A stretch of 13,190 nt of DNA from Promethearchaeota archaeon. Its GTDB lineage: Archaea > Asgardarchaeota > Lokiarchaeia > Sigyniarchaeales > SOKP01. The position numbers and the translations under genes were made by a program. Shown piece after piece: positions 7,075 to 13,190 of this stretch. The stretch is taken from positions 1 to 13,190 of the forward strand of contig JAEOTZ010000036.1 of the NCBI GenBank assembly GCA_016839585.1, written 5' to 3'. Below the pieces are notes generated by a model. The model did not search any database. It saw only the letters and a program-made list of their open reading frames with translations, and had not been told where the DNA came from. Every line of letters starts with the position of its first letter. The stretch's first letter is position 1.

Positions 7075-7725
7075 TTATCTAAATCTTTGTTCTTTTTTCT
7101 TATAAAATACAACAATTATTAAGACTCCTACCGTTATTGTTGTTAATAACACAGATATCATATAACCTGGAATTTCAGGTTCGGATTTAGGGCTTTTCAA
7201 AGTAAAAGTATTATTTGTCATATAAGTACCACCTTCACTAAATAGTGAACTGGTAAGGGTGTATTCGAAAACAACAAAGAGATTAACTGGAAATAAATCA
7301 TTTGTTATAATAAATGAATGAATAGTATAATTATACAATAAATCTGAGGTTTGCATTATGCTTGAAGTATCAACTCCTACTCCAGAGTGATTATTCCAAG
7401 CTGGACCATAAAGGAAACTTGCGTTAAATGTTAATGTTGCAGTTAGCATCGTGACATAATATCCAGTTAACGTAGTAACAAAAACATCTGATACTAATTG
7501 TGAATGATCATCATCATATTCTACAAACATCGCTGCAAATATTATACTGTAATTTAATGTTGTAGATGAATAAACAAAAGTAAATGATTCAATCTGTTCA
7601 TAAATTTTTTGTGAGGCATCTTCATATTCATAACGGTCTGCTCCTACCACCAGTACTGTTGTATTTCCGAAGGAAAATAAAGATATAATGATTAGAACTA
7701 AACTAATTTTACCAAATTTTTTCAT
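7075..7725 (-). CDS. Hypothetical secreted surface (glyco)protein with an IPGY-TM-basic C-terminal sorting signal (Loki-CTERM/PGF-CTERM-like)
   Basis: N-terminal MKK + hydrophobic signal peptide. Thr/Ser/Tyr-rich body with several N-x-S/T sequons (NYS, NAS, NHS, NYT, NNT). C-terminus EPEIPGY + hydrophobic helix + KKKEQRFR. Confidence 0.75.
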   Translation of the reverse strand: MKKFGKISLVLIIISLFSFGNTTVLVVGADRYEYEDASQKIYEQIESFTFVYSSTTLNYSIIFAAMFVEYDDDHSQLVSDVFVTTLTGYYVTMLTATLTFNASFLYGPAWNNHSGVGVDTSSIMQTSDLLYNYTIHSFIITNDLFPVNLFVVFEYTLTSSLFSEGGTYMTNNTFTLKSPKSEPEIPGYMISVLLTTITVGVLIIVVFYKKKEQRFR

Positions 7726-7957
7726 TAAATTTCACTTATTAGATTTGTTAGTTAAAAAATATTATATAATACTTTTTAAATATTTTTAATGTTAAATTAG
7801 GATATAAGAACAAGATTATTTAGAAAAGTTTGAATTCCAAAATAATTTAGAATATTTATTACATTTTTTTTCTAATGAATTGGTGTAATTTTAAAAAATA
7901 TTTTATGATCGTATAAATTTAATGAAATAATCGATAACAAGATGAAAGATAAGCTTT

Positions 7958-9166
7958 ATGGAATATATAAATGAGCTTGTTCAGAAATATGCTAATCTGA
8001 CGCGAACGATTAATGAAGAATTTATAAATATTCACCCTATCCAGAGGGGAGGAATGTTAACCCCTGAAGCTTTTAAGGCGTTAGTAGCTTATGGAGATGG
8101 TTATAGTTTATGCGATAATTGCTTGAAAGGAAGAATTGATCAAATTGAGAATCCACCTGTAGTAGAATTTTTAAAAGATATGGCAAAATTTCTAAATATT
8201 GATAATGTTATGCTTACTGCTGCAGCTAGAGAATCAAAACGTTTGGTAATGGAAGCTTTAGCAAGAAAATATCCTAAACGTAAAACGGTTGTAATTGATA
8301 GTTTAGCTCATTACACGACCTATTTAGCTATTGAAGCAAATAATTTGAAACTTAGTGAAGTGCCAAACTCTGAAAATCGAGAATTTAATATTGAAGCTAT
8401 TGATTATGAAAAAATTATTAAAAAAGTTCAAAATGAAGATGGTGTGTTACCTTTATTAGTCGTATTAACTCATGTCGATTACAAGTATGGAAATTATAAT
8501 GATCCTAAGCCTATAGGAGAAATATGCCAAAAGTTTAATATCCCTTTTCTCTTAAATGCTGCTTATTCTGGGGGAATTTTACCAATCGATTGTAAAGAGT
8601 ATTCAGCCGATTTTGTAGTATGCAGTGGTCATAAATCTATGGCTGCTTCAGGTCCAATTGGAGTTTTAGGATTTAATGATGATTTTTATAATGATATCAT
8701 GGTTAATTCAAAAATCCAAGGAAATATTTCTTCTAAGTCTTTTCCAAGTAAACTCTGTACTGTTATGGGATGTCCTCCTGTTTATGGTGCTCCTTTAATT
8801 ACCTTAATGGCGAGTTTTCCCACAGTTGTAAAAAGAACTCAAAAGGAAGTCGCCGATGAGGAATCTAAAAAGGCCAATTATGTAATCGAGAGTATTAAGA
8901 ATATTAAGGGGATTGAAATTCTTGGAAAATTACCAAAAATTCATCCTTTAACCAACCTTAAAACTGAAAGTTTTTCCGAAGTTGCTAAGACACATCCAAG
9001 AAGAGGATTTTTTCTAAGAGATGATTTTAAGGAAAGAGGGATTATTGGATTACTTCCGGGGATCTCTAAAGAGATGAAATTCAACACTTATGATCTGACT
9101 TGGGAACAGGTAAAATATTTTACAAAAAGTTTTATAGAGATTGCTCAAAAGTACAATCTCCTTTAA
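7958..9166 (+). CDS. pscS: O-phospho-L-seryl-tRNA:Cys-tRNA synthase (SepCysS)
   Basis: INIHPIQRGGMLTPEA, GDGYSLCDNC (CxxC), AHYTTY, THVDYKYGN, LNAAYS, SGHKS (PLP lysine), GPIGVLG, MGC..., TLMASFP, HPRRGFFL: all characteristic of SepCysS. Confidence 0.93.
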   Translation: MEYINELVQKYANLTRTINEEFINIHPIQRGGMLTPEAFKALVAYGDGYSLCDNCLKGRIDQIENPPVVEFLKDMAKFLNIDNVMLTAAARESKRLVMEALARKYPKRKTVVIDSLAHYTTYLAIEANNLKLSEVPNSENREFNIEAIDYEKIIKKVQNEDGVLPLLVVLTHVDYKYGNYNDPKPIGEICQKFNIPFLLNAAYSGGILPIDCKEYSADFVVCSGHKSMAASGPIGVLGFNDDFYNDIMVNSKIQGNISSKSFPSKLCTVMGCPPVYGAPLITLMASFPTVVKRTQKEVADEESKKANYVIESIKNIKGIEILGKLPKIHPLTNLKTESFSEVAKTHPRRGFFLRDDFKERGIIGLLPGISKEMKFNTYDLTWEQVKYFTKSFIEIAQKYNLL

Positions 9167-10600
9167 TTATTCTTTAGCTCTTTTTGGAAGAATTTCTTGT
9201 AATTTTTCTTTCTTTTCATCATGCATTTTGTACATTTTAGTTTTAATTTCATTTAGGTGTTTACCGTATAGTGGATTCATATTATAAATAAAAACTGCTA
9301 AGAAAGCTATAATTGCAGGAATTACTCCCATTGCTAATTTTATACCTAAAATTGTAAGATCAGATTGAGTTTGTTGTTCTCCCCCGATTGGTTCTGTATA
9401 TTTAAATAAAAGTAACATAATTGCAATGAATCCACCTGCTATAGACTCAGCAGGTTTAGTTATTAGAGCATTAATTCCCATAATAGCAGCCTCACGCCTT
9501 CTTCCAGTATCTACCTCATCTTCGTCAATTACTTCGGCAAAAGCTACATTAAATAAAGTCATAGCAGCATACATGCCAATCCCTACTAAAAAAAATCCAA
9601 TAACAGCAAATATTCCAGGTAAAATCCCGACTAGTAAGAAACCTAAACCATGAAATATTATAGCACGAAGCATTGCAGTTTTGACACCTTTCTTTTCATT
9701 GACTTTTACAGTGTAATAAGTCCCAAAGCCCACTCCTGCTATTGTAAAACCTACAACTAATAACAATAACAAATCCGAATTAAAATCTGGAATCGCATAG
9801 TAAGTATAGAAAAATAAATTACCAAAGAATACCGATTGTATAAAAATCAAAAAGAAATTCATAAAAACCGTAGTTAAAAAGGATTTTCTTTTAAGTGTGT
9901 TCTTAAAAGCATCAAAAAAGCCCATAGGCTCATCAACATGAGAAAATTCTAACCGCTCTTTTATTGTAAATGATGTTATCATCATAGTTATAAATTGCAA
10001 AACAGCAAGTATAATAGATAAATAAATGAATCCTTCTCTTCCAGGTTGATCTAAAAATAAAGAAGGTACTATCAATGCTATTAGTGTTCCTATTACCCCT
10101 AATGCTAAAGAATAAATTTGAATACTTGCTCTTTCTCTATGATCCATACTTAATTCTTGCCCTAAAGCAGTCCATACTAATAATGCCGCGGTATAAGCTG
10201 TATCATATATACAAATTAATATAATCATATAAAAGAACACCCCAAGCTCACCTATTTCACCTTTGGTTGGACTTAACCATATAAAGATAAATGAAATTGC
10301 CATTATTGGTGTGAAAAGCGCTAAGTAAGGGATTCTCCTGCCCCATTTTGTTTTTGTTTTATCAGAAAGCCACCCAAACAAGGGATCATTTATAGCATTC
10401 CAAATAGCAAAAAACATGAATGCCCAAAAAATATATACTTCTGGAAGAAGCATTTTTTCTCTAAAATAAATTATAAGAGCTGCTTGAAAGACTCCATGAA
10501 CAACTTGAGCTCCTAATGAAGTTAATCCAAAAGAAAATTTAATAGACGTTTTTACCAATTCTTCTGGAGCTATTTCACTTTGATGTTCCACTTTAATCAC
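9167..10600 (-). CDS. MFS transporter, glycoside-pentoside-hexuronide (MelB/GPH):cation symporter family
   Basis: About 12 hydrophobic segments; WNAINDPLFGWLSDKTKTKWGRRIPY and AEVIDEDEVDTGRRREA motifs; GTG start. Confidence 0.9.
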   Translation of the reverse strand: MIKVEHQSEIAPEELVKTSIKFSFGLTSLGAQVVHGVFQAALIIYFREKMLLPEVYIFWAFMFFAIWNAINDPLFGWLSDKTKTKWGRRIPYLALFTPIMAISFIFIWLSPTKGEIGELGVFFYMIILICIYDTAYTAALLVWTALGQELSMDHRERASIQIYSLALGVIGTLIALIVPSLFLDQPGREGFIYLSIILAVLQFITMMITSFTIKERLEFSHVDEPMGFFDAFKNTLKRKSFLTTVFMNFFLIFIQSVFFGNLFFYTYYAIPDFNSDLLLLLVVGFTIAGVGFGTYYTVKVNEKKGVKTAMLRAIIFHGLGFLLVGILPGIFAVIGFFLVGIGMYAAMTLFNVAFAEVIDEDEVDTGRRREAAIMGINALITKPAESIAGGFIAIMLLLFKYTEPIGGEQQTQSDLTILGIKLAMGVIPAIIAFLAVFIYNMNPLYGKHLNEIKTKMYKMHDEKKEKLQEILPKRAKE

Positions 10601-10760
10601 AACATTGCTTCATTCTTATTTAATTTTTTTTTAATTTAAAAATAATAAATTTTCAATTTTATTATATATAATGGTTATGGTTTAATTTTTTATAATCAGA
10701 GAACTTATCTTTAATTGAATCTTTTATTGATATTAAAAGTAGAGAATCTCGTATAAAATA

Positions 10761-11702
10761 ATGACGGTTAAACAACTACAAGAAGATATTTTAAAACTTA
10801 AAAAAAATAATGATGTTATTATTTTAGCTCATTATTATCAGCCCATTGAGATACAAGAAATTGCTGATTATGTAGGAGATTCTCTTGGATTATCTCGGAC
10901 AGCTAAAGAAAAGGCTACTGAATATATAATATTTGCTGGTGTAGATTTCATGGCTGAAACAGCTTCGATCTTAAACCAAGATAAACATGTTTTAATTCCC
11001 AATCCTGAATCATGTTGCCCCATGGCAGCTTTTCTTACTCCTGAAAAAGTGAGAGAATTTAGAAAAAAAGATCCTAGAATTCCAGCAGTATTATATGTAA
11101 ATTCTACTGCTGCTGTTAAAGCTGAATCTGACATTTGTTGTACATCTTCAAATGCTATTAGTATTGTTAAGAAAATTAGTGAGGAATTTAACGTAAATAA
11201 AGTTCTATTTGGACCAGACGCAAATTTAGCTGATTATGCTGAACAAATGTCTGGTATAAAATGCCTTCAAATGCCAGAAATTGGTCACTGTTACGTACAT
11301 TCGCAGATTAAACCAGAGCACATAAATGATGCACGAAAAGAGCATCCTAAAGCAAAACTTCTAGTACATCCCGAATGTATAAGAGATGTAAGAGATTTAG
11401 CGGATTTTGTAGGATCAACTACTCAAATGTATAATAGAGTAAAGAACAGTTCTTCTGAGGAGATTGAATTCATTATTGGTACTGAAGAGGGTTTACTTGA
11501 AAGGATGAAACAAGATTTTCCAGATAAAAAATATTATTTAGCTAAGGAGAAATTAATTTGCTACAATATGAAAAAACATAACCTTGAATTAATTAAATAC
11601 CTCTTGGAGAACTTGGATGATAAAACTCATGAAGTCAAAGTGCCATCTGAAATTGCGAAAAAAGCACTTCCTCCAATTGAAAAGATGTTATATTACTCTT
11701 AA
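10761..11702 (+). CDS. nadA: Quinolinate synthase
   Basis: ILAHYYQ, VGDSLGLS, GVDFMAETA, YVNSTA, FGPDANL, VHPEC, VGST, IGTE, and three Fe-S cysteines (CPMA, GHCYVH, ICYNMK). Confidence 0.97.
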   Translation: MTVKQLQEDILKLKKNNDVIILAHYYQPIEIQEIADYVGDSLGLSRTAKEKATEYIIFAGVDFMAETASILNQDKHVLIPNPESCCPMAAFLTPEKVREFRKKDPRIPAVLYVNSTAAVKAESDICCTSSNAISIVKKISEEFNVNKVLFGPDANLADYAEQMSGIKCLQMPEIGHCYVHSQIKPEHINDARKEHPKAKLLVHPECIRDVRDLADFVGSTTQMYNRVKNSSSEEIEFIIGTEEGLLERMKQDFPDKKYYLAKEKLICYNMKKHNLELIKYLLENLDDKTHEVKVPSEIAKKALPPIEKMLYYS

Positions 11703-11716
11703 ATTGTTCCACATTA

Positions 11717-12823
11717 TCATTCATGATTTGGTGTTAAAGTAAGAATATTTAAATTTAAATCTATTCTTGAACCATCTAAAATGGTTTCTTGAAGTATTTT
11801 GCCTTCTTCAGACATAGATAATTTTTGAGATTGAGCAACTCCTTCCATAAATTTTTCTCTCTCTATATCTAAAAAACCCATTTCTATTGCGTTCTTAATA
11901 ATTAGATTTAATACTAATAATTGAAATTGTTCTTGAATAGTGTTCCATATTAAACCCATTTCTTTTAATTGATCAGTAATTTCTTCAGCCAGAATATCCA
12001 TATCATAAATCATATCGTAGATACCTTCTTGAAGATTAATAATTTCATCAATTAATTTATCTTTAATGAGTCGGAGTGTTGTAGTTCCCAATAAATCTTC
12101 CTCATGAAAAAAGAAATCATTATGTTCACGTTTAATTAAATAAAAGCCAAACTCGTCCTTTATAAATTTAAATCTAGCTAAGTAATTGATTGCTTCTCTT
12201 GAAACTTTATGAAGTTCGCAAAATTGATCCAAATTCAATTTATACCCAAGAAATTTTTGAGAACTTGATTCATCAAAACGCCAATATCTTCTTGCAAAAG
12301 CTCCTTGGCCTAGAATTGAGTTATAAAAGATGTAGAAAAGAGACAAATATAGATCTCTATCTTGATGTAGTTCAAAAAAATTATCTCCTATTTTAGAAAT
12401 GATTCTTACTATGTGAACTATAAATGCATCTTCTACACCTATTTCCTTATAAAAATCTATTAAATCCTCGAGTTTTCGAACATTTTCTTTTAATTCATTA
12501 ACTATAAATAGTTCTTCTTTTAGTTTTAAAGGCTCCTCTCTAAGTTTTTCTATTCCTTTTTCAGTAATTACATAACCACGGTATTGTTTTTTAGTTTGCT
12601 TATCAGTAATTATTCTTTGTTCTACGTTATCATTTTTTCTATGAATGCTAAGATATTTAGAAACTGTAGACCTACTTAAATTTGAATATTTTATTAAATT
12701 AGTAAATCTTTGTGGACCTAAATTCCTAAGAATAAACAATATCCTCCTGCTGTTGTCCTCAATATTACTTGATTTTTTTAATAATTCGCTCTTTAATTTT
12801 TTTGATATATTCCAGCTTTCCAT
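11717..12823 (-). CDS. Large winged helix-turn-helix domain protein (putative transcriptional regulator) with an uncharacterised helical C-terminal region
   Basis: N-terminal ILFILRNLGPQRFTNLIKYSNLSRSTVSKYL...YVITEKGIEKL is an ArsR/MarR-like wHTH. The remaining roughly 270 aa are not recognised. Confidence 0.7.
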   Translation of the reverse strand: MESWNISKKLKSELLKKSSNIEDNSRRILFILRNLGPQRFTNLIKYSNLSRSTVSKYLSIHRKNDNVEQRIITDKQTKKQYRGYVITEKGIEKLREEPLKLKEELFIVNELKENVRKLEDLIDFYKEIGVEDAFIVHIVRIISKIGDNFFELHQDRDLYLSLFYIFYNSILGQGAFARRYWRFDESSSQKFLGYKLNLDQFCELHKVSREAINYLARFKFIKDEFGFYLIKREHNDFFFHEEDLLGTTTLRLIKDKLIDEIINLQEGIYDMIYDMDILAEEITDQLKEMGLIWNTIQEQFQLLVLNLIIKNAIEMGFLDIEREKFMEGVAQSQKLSMSEEGKILQETILDGSRIDLNLNILTLTPNHE

Positions 12824-13097
12824 AATATTAAAGTATTACTGCAGATATAAAAATTTATACTTTTCTCCTATACTCGAACTAAATAAATTATGATATACAA
12901 AATTTAGTGAATTTAGTATATACTTAATAATTTATAAAAATATAACTATATAAGAAGGACTAATCAAGCTATTATTCCAAATGATAATAACTTTTAAATA
13001 ATTAATTAGTAATTATAAAATGGAATAAAAATATTTGAATTCTTTAAAAATTCATCTTATATTCGAATATTGAAAATTATTAATTTTTTATAAAAAA

Positions 13098-13190
13098 ATG
13101 ACAATAGAAAACCCAAATTTATTAGAAAGAATTAAAAAAATTGAAAAAAGATTAGATGATTTGGAAAATCGATTATTATCTTTAGAAAAA
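13098..13190 (+). CDS. 5' fragment of a hypothetical protein with an N-terminal coiled coil (not in the ORF track; runs off the window)
   Basis: ATG 13098 is open to the window end: MTIENPNLLERIKKIEKRLDDLENRLLSLEK, with a clear heptad pattern. Confidence 0.6.
   Translation, partial: MTIENPNLLERIKKIEKRLDDLENRLLSLEK

Noticed and set aside
9426-12893. Short ORFs 9426-9653, 10868-11134, 12190-12396 and 12645-12893
   Set aside because: Antisense to the MFS, nadA or wHTH genes; composition typical of shadow frames.
1-13190. CRISPR array, tRNA/rRNA, IS element, provirus or defence system
   Set aside because: No regularly spaced repeats, no GC-rich structured intergenic segment, and no transposase, integrase or nuclease motifs seen.

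Overview
Very AT-rich, densely coding archaeal chromosomal segment, most likely from an Asgard archaeon of the Lokiarchaeia type. This is inferred from the archaeal SmAP-rpl37e pair, a stand-alone Roadblock/LC7 gene, an IPGY-TM-basic C-terminal sorting signal and SepCysS. Gene order: partial SepF-like gene (+); membrane-anchored C39-like cysteine peptidase (+); two-subunit 2-hydroxyacyl-CoA dehydratase/benzoyl-CoA reductase-family pair (-); Sm-like protein, rpl37e, Roadblock and ThiF/MoeB E1-like enzyme (+); gamma-carbonic anhydrase family, Nudix hydrolase and a secreted IPGY-CTERM protein (-); SepCysS (+); GPH/MFS symporter (-); nadA (+); large winged-helix protein (-); and the start of a coiled-coil ORF (+). 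I saw no RNA genes, CRISPR arrays or mobile elements. The most notable oddity is the E1-like gene. Its conserved N-terminus extends about 45 codons upstream of the ORF-track ATG, contains no in-frame ATG/GTG/TTG, and is in frame with Roadblock across a single TGA. The best-supported reading is a Shine-Dalgarno-led ATT start at 5128; UGA read-through giving a Roadblock-E1 fusion is the more exotic alternative. The enzyme also appears to lack the usual E1/MoeB catalytic-loop cysteine.
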